Positions 17,744 to 25,563 of a stretch of DNA of 39,931 nucleotides are shown here, in pieces. A program made the translations under genes and the position numbers. Location of the stretch: IMG/VR virus record IMGVR_UViG_3300032212_000056, positions 1-39,931 of that record; one strand, written 5' to 3'. The DNA is from a virus (taxonomy: Duplodnaviria > Caudoviricetes). Position 1 is the stretch's first letter, and each line of letters opens with the position of its first letter. A model generated the notes under the pieces. The model had not been told where the DNA came from. It saw nothing but the letters and a program-made list of their open reading frames with translations, and searched no databases.

Positions 17744-17816
17744 GGTGTCCAGTTCTAGCGGACTGGGCACCGATTAGAAAACAACCAAGCCCGACAGGGC
17801 AGAAAGGCAGACGACC
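17744..17816 (+). repeat. Early-gene leader repeat copy 6 (divergent first hairpin)
   Basis: GGTGTCCAGTT-cTAGCg-GACTGGGCACC hairpin, then AAAACAACCAA-GCCC-GACA-GGGC-AGAAAGGCAGAC. Confidence 0.85.
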
Positions 17817-18230
17817 ATGAAACCAGCTATGCTCAAGCCGGAGCGAAAGAAACTAATCAAAGCATTGCCGGAACTATTGAAAGCTCACGGCCTGCAACTT
17901 CGACTGCAATACTCTCCCATGAAAGGCAGGGGAGAGACCGATCTAGTATGGCACGGGTACAATGACCGATTTGATTGCAACTTTACTGTACGGCCTATCA
18001 TCGACGAACACCCTTGGCTGGCTTGCTGCTTCAACAGACCGCGAGGTAGAACATCCAATACCAATATGAAGTACAGAGACATACGAGATCACTTGGGCAG
18101 TGATGTGAATCCCCATGTCGGCAAGTTCAACTGTCACCTGTTTGAGCGATGCTCTGTAGCATACGCATTGGAGGTATTCGATAGGCACTTAGCACTGATG
18201 AGCAGGAAAGGAGAGCAGTTGAATGCCTGA
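17817..18230 (+). CDS. Hypothetical protein
   Basis: 137 aa after the leader; VNPHVGKFNCH motif. Confidence 0.75.
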   Translation: MKPAMLKPERKKLIKALPELLKAHGLQLRLQYSPMKGRGETDLVWHGYNDRFDCNFTVRPIIDEHPWLACCFNRPRGRTSNTNMKYRDIRDHLGSDVNPHVGKFNCHLFERCSVAYALEVFDRHLALMSRKGEQLNA

Positions 18231-18480
18231 CCTAATCGACAGACCCGACTTGTGCGTCATGCTCACCGTCTTCAAGATGACGGGCAAATACTACACCAGT
18301 GCGAGCTACTACCACACCGAGATAATCGCACCACGCATTGATGAGATATGGTCGGAGGTGCGTGGGTATCTCAAAGCAGGCAAGCTCCCCGGACTCATGG
18401 AGGGACACGACGCAGACTGGATCGTTCTCGTAGAAGTCCCAGACCATCCACACAATCACCCCAAACTTATCATCGGATGA
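18223..18480 (+). CDS. Hypothetical protein
   Basis: 85 aa; AAAGGAG RBS; FKxTGKYY motif seen in small phage proteins. Confidence 0.75.
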   Translation: MPDLIDRPDLCVMLTVFKMTGKYYTSASYYHTEIIAPRIDEIWSEVRGYLKAGKLPGLMEGHDADWIVLVEVPDHPHNHPKLIIG

Positions 18481-18494
18481 GAAGGAAGACTGAA

Positions 18495-18689
18495 ATGACA
18501 GACTTCGAGATAGCGTGCAGAGATGAAGGATGGGAACAGTCCGCGACAGGCTCGATCGTCTACGCAGGGACCAGCGATCCTGTAGACTGGGAGAAGGCAG
18601 ACCCTATGGCAGCTATGGCAGTGTTGTTCAGCGGCAAGGGTCCAAGTAAAGAAATCGAAGCAGCACTTTGGAAAGGATTGAACAGATGA
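18495..18689 (+). CDS. Hypothetical protein (64 aa)
   Basis: ATG 18495 behind GAAGGA; ATGA coupling to the next gene. Confidence 0.65.
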   Translation: MTDFEIACRDEGWEQSATGSIVYAGTSDPVDWEKADPMAAMAVLFSGKGPSKEIEAALWKGLNR

Positions 18690-19168
18690 AATCACTACTC
18701 TTATTCCCCGCAACATTCGCACTCATCGCAGCATCCCCGGATGTAGAGCGACTGGACTCCAGCACGATCCAGATCGTCGGAGCAGACTTCGCAATCATCG
18801 AGCCGACCGCAGACATTACCGCAGGCGTTCCGATCCCCGTGCTCAGCGGGGCATGGGGTGGACTGATTCGGGCGACTGTTGATCCATACACGGACTACAC
18901 AGTCACGACCTACACGCTGGTCGATGGTGCAGACGGGGAAGATCCTCTCCGAGAGATCGAGGAGTTTGATCTCAGTCTTACCCCTCTGCAACAGCTCGAC
19001 GCAGCAGTCGTCAATGTCCTGTACTGGCAGGAGCAGCACCAGCAGTCTCTCGACAACCTTGGCGTATGGGAGCAGCAGCTCAGAGACATCGTAGCGGACC
19101 AGACAAACGGAGTGGACTACTTCGATCTGATCGAGGCCCTGCAACGAGCACAGCCGGGAGGTGGGTGA
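18686..19168 (+). CDS. Secreted protein (signal peptide), possible degenerate dockerin/EF-hand-like tail
   Basis: MKSLLLFPATFALIAA signal peptide; GAAAGGA RBS; C-terminal ADQTNGVDYFDLIEAL. Confidence 0.65.
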   Translation: MKSLLLFPATFALIAASPDVERLDSSTIQIVGADFAIIEPTADITAGVPIPVLSGAWGGLIRATVDPYTDYTVTTYTLVDGADGEDPLREIEEFDLSLTPLQQLDAAVVNVLYWQEQHQQSLDNLGVWEQQLRDIVADQTNGVDYFDLIEALQRAQPGGG

Positions 19169-19365
19169 TGTTTAGGATCATACTACTCGCAGTGTTCATC
19201 ATTCCTGCCTACCTCAGCTCACTGTTGACCATCATCCTGATGTATATCGCACTCGGACCGGACGGAGCACGCAGAGTGTTCAGAGCTTTCGGCTCCAAGA
19301 GAGAAGTCAAGGGATTCATGGCACGGATGCACGAGGCAGCCGATAGATCAAAGAGAGGTGGATGA
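19168..19365 (+). CDS. Small membrane protein
   Basis: MFRIILLAVFIIPAYLSSLLTIILMYIALG; TGATG coupling; GGAGG RBS. Confidence 0.65.
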   Translation: MFRIILLAVFIIPAYLSSLLTIILMYIALGPDGARRVFRAFGSKREVKGFMARMHEAADRSKRGG

Positions 19366-19625
19366 TGTCTGGAACATTTAGAAAGTTCAGCGACCGTGTA
19401 GACATCATCACCAGCGACAAGCCAAGGCGACGGGGCGAGGTGTTCCTCAAGCTCGACGGTAAGTTCTCGGTCAAGGTGTACAAAGAGAACGAGGACGCGA
19501 TGGCACTCGCAGAGCGTATCGCTATGTTCCTCACGGTCATGGACGGACCGGCTTGGGAGACTGCTTGGCAGCCAGCAAAGCCCATGAAGACAGAAGTACA
19601 GGGTACTTGGAAAGACATTGAATGA
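19362..19625 (+). CDS. Hypothetical protein
   Basis: 87 aa; GAGGTG RBS; overlap-coupled. Confidence 0.7.
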   Translation: MMSGTFRKFSDRVDIITSDKPRRRGEVFLKLDGKFSVKVYKENEDAMALAERIAMFLTVMDGPAWETAWQPAKPMKTEVQGTWKDIE

Positions 19626-19801
19626 GGCTCTGGCCCCGACACATACGACTGGCGATCAAAATGCTTTACACTCGATCAAAGAACGACTACCCGACCCCGC
19701 CCAAGCAGCGTCCTCCTCTCAAGCACGGGATCGAGGCACTGGTTTCGATAGCGGTGTGGAGTGCAATGGGCATAGGTTTAGCACTCCTGTACATCCTCTA
19801 A
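19622..19801 (+). CDS. Small membrane protein (59 aa, not in ORF track)
   Basis: Hand-translated MRLWPRHIRL...ALVSIAVWSAMGIGLALLYIL; ATGA coupling. Confidence 0.55.
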   Translation: MRLWPRHIRLAIKMLYTRSKNDYPTPPKQRPPLKHGIEALVSIAVWSAMGIGLALLYIL

Positions 19802-19814
19802 GGACAGGCCTACC

Positions 19815-19937
19815 ATGAAGAACCCTCGACGGAAAGTCATACCGATCTGGCCCATCTATGCGTACGCTGGAGCCTGCTGGATCATCATCATCACCGCAGT
19901 CATTGTGAAGACTGCACAAGCCCTATTGGGCAGTTAG
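19815..19937 (+). CDS. Small membrane protein (40 aa, not in ORF track)
   Basis: Hand-translated MKNPRRKVIPIWPIYAYAGACWIIIITAVIVKTAQALLGS; fills the gap exactly. Confidence 0.55.
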   Translation: MKNPRRKVIPIWPIYAYAGACWIIIITAVIVKTAQALLGS

Positions 19938-19945
19938 GATCAGAA

Positions 19946-20422
19946 ATGTCAATGAACCCAAACCAACTCCAAGGCAAGATGCTTCTCAGCTTCACCTGTT
20001 TGCTCGACTTCCAAGGCAAGTTCTATGTGAACTCCCATGTTCAGCTCAGGGACTCCGAGGAGCTGCCCAACTTCGACCAGTGTATCAAGATGCACGCAGC
20101 CTGCTTGTCTCAGGTGGACGAGAAAGCCCGTGAGTTGATCGAGCAGCACACAGAGAACGAGGTCGAGCACAAGGACGCTCTCCGCTTCTACGACGAGTGC
20201 ATCGTGAAGACCATTCAGGGAGTCGAGGACCGCGAGTTTATCGAGGCCCTTCGCACCCGCGACATCCACGATGCAAGTCAGGACCCGCTCGGTGGAATCG
20301 CTGGCGTGGTCGAGGCAGCTCGCCTTGTACTGGTAGCTGATAAGAACGACAACAGCGGAGAGCATATAGAGGCAATCCGCACTCTCCGGCTCAAGCTCAA
20401 GGAGATCGGTATCGAGGAGTGA
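19946..20422 (+). CDS. Hypothetical protein
   Basis: 158 aa, operon-coupled, coding-like codon usage. Confidence 0.75.
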   Translation: MSMNPNQLQGKMLLSFTCLLDFQGKFYVNSHVQLRDSEELPNFDQCIKMHAACLSQVDEKARELIEQHTENEVEHKDALRFYDECIVKTIQGVEDREFIEALRTRDIHDASQDPLGGIAGVVEAARLVLVADKNDNSGEHIEAIRTLRLKLKEIGIEE

Positions 20423-20673
20423 ACATGGACGCCGAGCAACGCAAAGCATATGTGCAGATGATCGCTCGAAACGATCAGGAGATGGAAGCGGGCAAGTCGT
20501 GGATGCACCGAGCAGGATACCTCGGCATCAACCGACTCAACGCCCAACTCCATCACCAGATGGGCAGTCCCGACGGGGGACAGCAGGCGATCGCACGCTT
20601 TGCGTTGATTGGCATGAGAGCCGTAGCAGTAGCTGAAATGGAACGACAGGAACAGGAAGGATCAGACCAATGA
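20419..20673 (+). CDS. Hypothetical protein
   Basis: 84 aa, overlap-coupled at both ends. Confidence 0.7.
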   Translation: MNMDAEQRKAYVQMIARNDQEMEAGKSWMHRAGYLGINRLNAQLHHQMGSPDGGQQAIARFALIGMRAVAVAEMERQEQEGSDQ

Positions 20674-21314
20674 CATCTAACATCGCGTACGAAATCAAGC
20701 ACGAACAGGATCTATGCAGCAGGGACTTCTATCTGGTGCTGGGTGAAGACCTCCTCGCGGAGATCGAGCAGGCATCGAAGGATGAGAAGGCACTTGCCCT
20801 CAAGCGTAAAGCATTCATCAAGAAGAACAAGGCACGCAACCTCATGCACAACGGGGACGACATCGTTGCACTTGTACTCCTCGAAGGCAGAGAACCTGTA
20901 CAGCCCGGCATGAAGCTCGCCAACCCGAAGGCCCGCATGTGGCAAAGACACAGTCCTTGGATGACATACAGAGGACGCAAGTATATGTACTGGGTTCCCG
21001 GAACCACCTCTCGCAAGAAAGAAGACAAGAACATAGCCGAGGAGACCCACAAGCTGTTCCGCTCCATGAACACTGTGAACGGAGGCGATCGAGTCATGGC
21101 GGTTGCGGAAGGCTCACTGAGTCGAATCTGCATCTGCGATGAGCGTCAGATTATGACCAACCCACAGCTTCTCAAGGCAGGCGACAACTACATCATCACG
21201 GTCAGCCGGGGAGACAAGGACAAGGTCGGAGAGGAGCGTCAGGTCGAAGGTATGACATTGCTCAAACCATCGGAGGCGTTTGCTCTGTTCGCTGAACACG
21301 AGACCGGCAAATGA
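20670..21314 (+). CDS. Hypothetical protein
   Basis: 214 aa; GAAGGA RBS; coupled. Confidence 0.75.
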   Translation: MTSNIAYEIKHEQDLCSRDFYLVLGEDLLAEIEQASKDEKALALKRKAFIKKNKARNLMHNGDDIVALVLLEGREPVQPGMKLANPKARMWQRHSPWMTYRGRKYMYWVPGTTSRKKEDKNIAEETHKLFRSMNTVNGGDRVMAVAEGSLSRICICDERQIMTNPQLLKAGDNYIITVSRGDKDKVGEERQVEGMTLLKPSEAFALFAEHETGK

Positions 21315-21796
21315 GCTTCGCAGAGGATGAGGGATGGGACGGCTTCGACTTCGATCTGCATCCTCACGATGACCGCAGATATTTCTACGAGCAGGGAGAT
21401 CATCGACCCGAATGGTACGAGAATCCAGTCTCGATGAAGCAGCTGCGTCGGCTGGGAGAGTGGATGGTCATCCCCAAATGCCCGAAGTGTGGGGCTCATG
21501 CTAAAGGGAACAGGACAGACTTTGGGATAGAGCACCGCTGTTGCGGTCTTCGATCTCGAAACTTCAAACCTCTCGTAACCGAGGGCACGCTCAAGGCGAG
21601 GATGCTTGCACACGAGGCCTTCGATCAAATATGGGGGCACGGATACATGACGAGACCCGAAGCGTATGCGTGGCTTGCAAGCAAGATGGGAATGAAGAAG
21701 CGTCGTTGCCACATGGCGATGATGACAGAAGACGAATCACTCAAGGTGTACTTTCTGAGTGCATCCTACATCGAAGAATCGAGGAACAAACAATGA
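21311..21796 (+). CDS. DUF3268-like zinc-finger protein
   Basis: CPKCG...CC, ARMLAHEAFDQIW, RPEAYAWLASKMG, CHMAMM. Confidence 0.8.
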   Translation: MSFAEDEGWDGFDFDLHPHDDRRYFYEQGDHRPEWYENPVSMKQLRRLGEWMVIPKCPKCGAHAKGNRTDFGIEHRCCGLRSRNFKPLVTEGTLKARMLAHEAFDQIWGHGYMTRPEAYAWLASKMGMKKRRCHMAMMTEDESLKVYFLSASYIEESRNKQ

Positions 21797-22191
21797 AAGA
21801 CCCACGACGCGAGCACATGCCCGACACCCGATCCAGCAAGACCGGGAAGGCTCAGGTTGACAGTGTAGAGTTCTATGTAACGATCAGCTTCTTCGACGAT
21901 GTTGATCGAGACGATGCCCGTCCCGGAGAGATGTTCATCCGCATGAGCAAGCATGGCAGCGACCTGTCCCTCATGTACGACGCTCTGGCTGTCATGGTCT
22001 CTGTCTCGCTCCAGTACGGGGTGCCTTGGCAGAAGATCAAAGAGAAGTTCGAGCACAGCCGGGGATCTACCTCAGATCACGAGAACCCCAGCATCCTTCA
22101 TGGCATCATCATGCTGGCTGACAGACTTATTTCAGAATATCGAAGTGAGACTCAAGCCATGCAGGACGATGTGTCGATAGAAGGTGCATGA
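21793..22191 (+). CDS. Stand-alone TSCPD domain protein (class II ribonucleotide reductase C-terminal-like)
   Basis: FYVTISF, PGEMFIRMSKHGS, DALAVMVSVSLQYGVP; start at ATG 21793 (GAGGA RBS). Confidence 0.75.
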   Translation: MKDPRREHMPDTRSSKTGKAQVDSVEFYVTISFFDDVDRDDARPGEMFIRMSKHGSDLSLMYDALAVMVSVSLQYGVPWQKIKEKFEHSRGSTSDHENPSILHGIIMLADRLISEYRSETQAMQDDVSIEGA

Positions 22192-22305
22192 ACAGAAGAA
22201 TCAACAACGCACGCACCGTAGATCAACAAAACTTCCACCTCTGCCGTCACCTGATGAGAAAGGATCAGCGGCACGCACAGGCCCGAGCATTACTGGAGAG
22301 CATCT

Positions 22306-22665
22306 ATGCCAAGGATCAACCCCGGAAAGAAGCAGCCCAAGCTGCACCCGGACCTAAAGACACTCAAGCGACTCCTCGGGCACGTCGAGCTGGATGACAG
22401 CGGCTGTTGGATCTGGCAGAAGTACAAGGACCCAGACGGATACGGGCAGGTGAAGATCGCAGGCAAGAGACTGTCTGCACATCGGGTGTTCTACTCGATC
22501 TTCAAACGCTCGATCGCTGAGGGTGACGAGGTCGATCACATCTGCGAGAACCCTGCATGTTGCAATCCCATGCACCTCAAGAGGTGCTTGCCTGACTACA
22601 ACAGGGCTCAGGGTGGACGAAACTCACGGAAGAACATCACGGATGATGACCTTCCTCCGTTCTAA
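22306..22665 (+). CDS. HNH endonuclease
   Basis: SGCWIW, DGYGQ, AHRVFY, VDHICENPACCNPMHL. Confidence 0.9.
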   Translation: MPRINPGKKQPKLHPDLKTLKRLLGHVELDDSGCWIWQKYKDPDGYGQVKIAGKRLSAHRVFYSIFKRSIAEGDEVDHICENPACCNPMHLKRCLPDYNRAQGGRNSRKNITDDDLPPF

Positions 22666-22712
22666 CTACACGATGGAGTGGACCAAAGAAGACCCGGTCT
22701 ATATCTAGTGAC

Positions 22713-22741
22713 TTGACAAATGGACACGAGCACGCGACACT
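22713..22741 (+). promoter_or_regulatory. Possible sigma70 promoter for the primase operon
   Basis: TTGACA-17 bp-GACACT (weak -10). Confidence 0.4.
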
Positions 22742-22768
22742 ATCTGATGCTGCTTACTGGAGACGACA

Positions 22769-25387
22769 ATGACAAACGCGATGCTCGGAGTGCTAGAACA
22801 CAAACACCAGACGGGGGCGATGAATCTAACGGACAGCGTTCCACCCCAGATCATCATGCCTCTGACGGACATCTTCGAGACCCCGTTCAACACAGACGCA
22901 CACTTCACCTGCTACCAGCCGGTCGGCAACTTCCACGACAAGGAATGGCCTCGCCTCAACAAACCGATCCTGCCCCGCTTGCGTGCTCTCGATGTAGATC
23001 TCGCAATGCAGATGATCGTGCTCGACTACGACAACCCCGGACACCTTCCTTGGTCGTCCCGTGAGCAGGTCGATGACTTCATCAACATGCTGCAGTACCT
23101 ATCCAAGACAAACGGATTCGTTGCAGCGTCCGAGTGGTCTTGCTTCTACACCACCAAGCACGGGGCTCGCCTCGTCTACATCCTCACCAACCCGCTGACC
23201 CCCGAGGAGTTCGAGGGTAAGCACCAGTGGCTCTGTCAGGAGTTCAACAAGTACGGCGTAGAGATCGACGTTACGGTCAGCGACTGGACGCGAGTGATGC
23301 GGGCTCCCTATGTGGTCCGCGATGGTGAGCCGTCGTGGGAAGATCCCTTCTTCAAGTACGAGGCAGCTTGGGACAAGAGACTGGACCCGGAGACATTGGG
23401 CACAGCTGTCCGCGAGAGACAATCACAGTACGCCGAGATCATTCCGATCAATCAGGTCAAGCCCGACGATACGGTGACGCTCGACCTATTGCACGAGCTG
23501 AGCCCAACCTCCGGGCGACAGGTGATGTCTCAATGGCTCAAGGACGCAAAGAGCCGACTCAAGGGACGCTCCTGTGTGCCCATCGTATTCGGCACTGAGC
23601 TGATCGGCGAGCACGGAGAACGCGACAACAATCTCCACAAGGTACTCGGTCAGGTCATCGGCGTGTTGTTCTATCTGGACGACACCACGCCCGAGCACAT
23701 CTATGCCCTGATGCTCGAAGCGGTCAACAAGCTGGAGCCCGACGACGGCACTCCTGACTGGAGCAGGGTCCTCTGGGACCACATCTGCAGGCTCTGGGCC
23801 AAAGAGGATGCCAAGGCACGCGAGAAGCAACACATCGAGGAGGAGCGGGTCGAGAAGGCAGGATCTCAGATCGAAACGATCGTTGCCGGTATGCGTGACT
23901 GGACAGAGAACAGTCAAGCGTTTAGCCCAGATCCGCAGGAGGTCATCAAGTTTGTAGAGCGTCGCATGATCGCACAGCACGGACGCAGCTACTTCCCGAT
24001 CATGCCCAACGGTCGGTATGTCGGTGATGCTCTGCTGTCCGAGCAGCTGATCCCTTGGATTCGATCGCACGAGATGGACAGCATGATGGAGACGCACCAG
24101 TACACCGAGGACGGTGCGACCAAGGACATCGACCGCACGACGCTGATCAACAAGTATGCCTTCCCGGTCAAGGAAGTGACAGGACTCCCTCAGATCGAGG
24201 GAGGCTACATCACCGAGGACGAGCGGCTGGTGATCTCCCTGTACCGAAGAAACCCTCGGCTCACTCCCCAGTACCACGCAGGCGTAGAGCAGTGGCTCAT
24301 GGTCCTGTTCGGCGAGCACTTCGAGCGAGTCTGCAAGTGGATCGGTTACGCTCTGGCGTTCGAGGACGGTCCGGTCTGTGCTCTCTCGATCAAGGGAGAT
24401 CCCGGAGTGGGCAAGAAGATGTTTATCCAAGGCCTCGCCGAGTGCTTGGAGAATCCTTGGGTTGCAGAAGCCGACGACATCGTGAGTGAGTACCAGTACG
24501 GATTGCTGCGTTCTCCGTTCCTTGCAGTGAACGAGGGCTGGCCCACTCAACGATCGAGGCATCCAGCCGACACCTTCCGCAGACTCGTCGGCGGTGACGG
24601 GCTCCTCGCAAACCAGAAGTTCCACGCACCCATTCGCATCAAGAACCCGGCTCGCGTCGTGTTCGCTGCAAACAACATGGATGTGGTGTCCTTCCTCACA
24701 GGTGGGCGTGACCTTTCCCCAGAGGACCGTGAAGCTCTCCAGATCCGTTTGTTCCACGTCGATGTAGGAGGAGACGCCGCAGCTTGGCTGAGAGCCAATG
24801 GAGGTACACGCTTCACAGGTGGATGGATCGAAGGAGACGGGGGCAAGCCATCGGACTATGTCGTCGCTCGTCACTTCCTCCACCTACACAAGACCCGTGC
24901 GAACTACGGACAGCCCGAGCCTCGTCTACTGGTGGAAGGTAAGCCCGACAGCGAACTGATGTTCGCTATGCGTACACAGTCAGGTAGAGGCCCGCTTGTA
25001 GTCGAGGCTGTTATCCGACTGCTCAACACGGAGGGTAGCAGCTCAAAGGCAGGCATCGCAATAGAAGATGGCAAGCTGTATGTACTTGCTTCTGAGATAC
25101 TGACATACTATCGTCAGCAGATGGCTTCGAGCACGAGGGGCGAATCCCTGACCGCCAAGATCATCGGCAACGTTCTGAAAGGCCTTGTTGAGTATGATCA
25201 CAACAAACCCTTGCAGCTCAAGACGAAGCCTCAGATGGGACGCAAACGCTGGCACCAGCTTGACCCAGAGATGCTTCACCACGCAGCCCAGAGAGACGGC
25301 TGGCGTTGCGACAAGCTGGTGAAGCTCGTAAATGAACGGGTCGAACGTAAGCAAGGACACCTGATAGAGAGGCCGGTGACAGCATGA
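22769..25387 (+). CDS. Primase-polymerase/helicase fusion (AEP + PriCT + DUF5906/NrS-1-like helicase)
   Basis: VLDYD, YTTKHGARLVY, DWTRVMRAP, GERDNNL, P-loop GDPGVGKK, AVNE, VVFAANN. Confidence 0.85.
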   Translation: MTNAMLGVLEHKHQTGAMNLTDSVPPQIIMPLTDIFETPFNTDAHFTCYQPVGNFHDKEWPRLNKPILPRLRALDVDLAMQMIVLDYDNPGHLPWSSREQVDDFINMLQYLSKTNGFVAASEWSCFYTTKHGARLVYILTNPLTPEEFEGKHQWLCQEFNKYGVEIDVTVSDWTRVMRAPYVVRDGEPSWEDPFFKYEAAWDKRLDPETLGTAVRERQSQYAEIIPINQVKPDDTVTLDLLHELSPTSGRQVMSQWLKDAKSRLKGRSCVPIVFGTELIGEHGERDNNLHKVLGQVIGVLFYLDDTTPEHIYALMLEAVNKLEPDDGTPDWSRVLWDHICRLWAKEDAKAREKQHIEEERVEKAGSQIETIVAGMRDWTENSQAFSPDPQEVIKFVERRMIAQHGRSYFPIMPNGRYVGDALLSEQLIPWIRSHEMDSMMETHQYTEDGATKDIDRTTLINKYAFPVKEVTGLPQIEGGYITEDERLVISLYRRNPRLTPQYHAGVEQWLMVLFGEHFERVCKWIGYALAFEDGPVCALSIKGDPGVGKKMFIQGLAECLENPWVAEADDIVSEYQYGLLRSPFLAVNEGWPTQRSRHPADTFRRLVGGDGLLANQKFHAPIRIKNPARVVFAANNMDVVSFLTGGRDLSPEDREALQIRLFHVDVGGDAAAWLRANGGTRFTGGWIEGDGGKPSDYVVARHFLHLHKTRANYGQPEPRLLVEGKPDSELMFAMRTQSGRGPLVVEAVIRLLNTEGSSSKAGIAIEDGKLYVLASEILTYYRQQMASSTRGESLTAKIIGNVLKGLVEYDHNKPLQLKTKPQMGRKRWHQLDPEMLHHAAQRDGWRCDKLVKLVNERVERKQGHLIERPVTA

Positions 25388-25563
25388 ATCAAAGCAATAC
25401 ATACCAACAGATGATCGACGACCTTCTTGATTTGGAGGAAGGGTTGAACGATTGGGAAGTAGAGTTTGTAGATTCTATCAGCCAACAGACATACCTCCTG
25501 ACTGCTCGACAGAGAGACAAGCTCGTTAGGGTTTGGAACGAGAGGATTCTCAATGCAGAGTGA
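25384..25563 (+). CDS. Small conserved-type phage protein (59 aa, not in ORF track)
   Basis: Hand-translated ...LNDWEVEFVDSISQQTYLLTARQRDKLVRVW...; ATGA coupling to the primase. Confidence 0.7.
   Translation: MNQSNTYQQMIDDLLDLEEGLNDWEVEFVDSISQQTYLLTARQRDKLVRVWNERILNAE

Noticed and set aside
19618-19818. 66-aa ORF from the track
   Set aside because: The alternative frame 19622-19801 has ATGA coupling and a clear TM helix
22188-22397. 69-aa ORF before the HNH gene
   Set aside because: It is coupled by ATGA but overlaps the HNH gene by about 90 nt and has no recognisable features; left uncalled
23486-24883. Long antisense ORFs (465 aa here; also 8393-9292, 33152-33598, 38820-39686)
   Set aside because: They are shadows of real genes caused by codon bias, with no RBS or motifs
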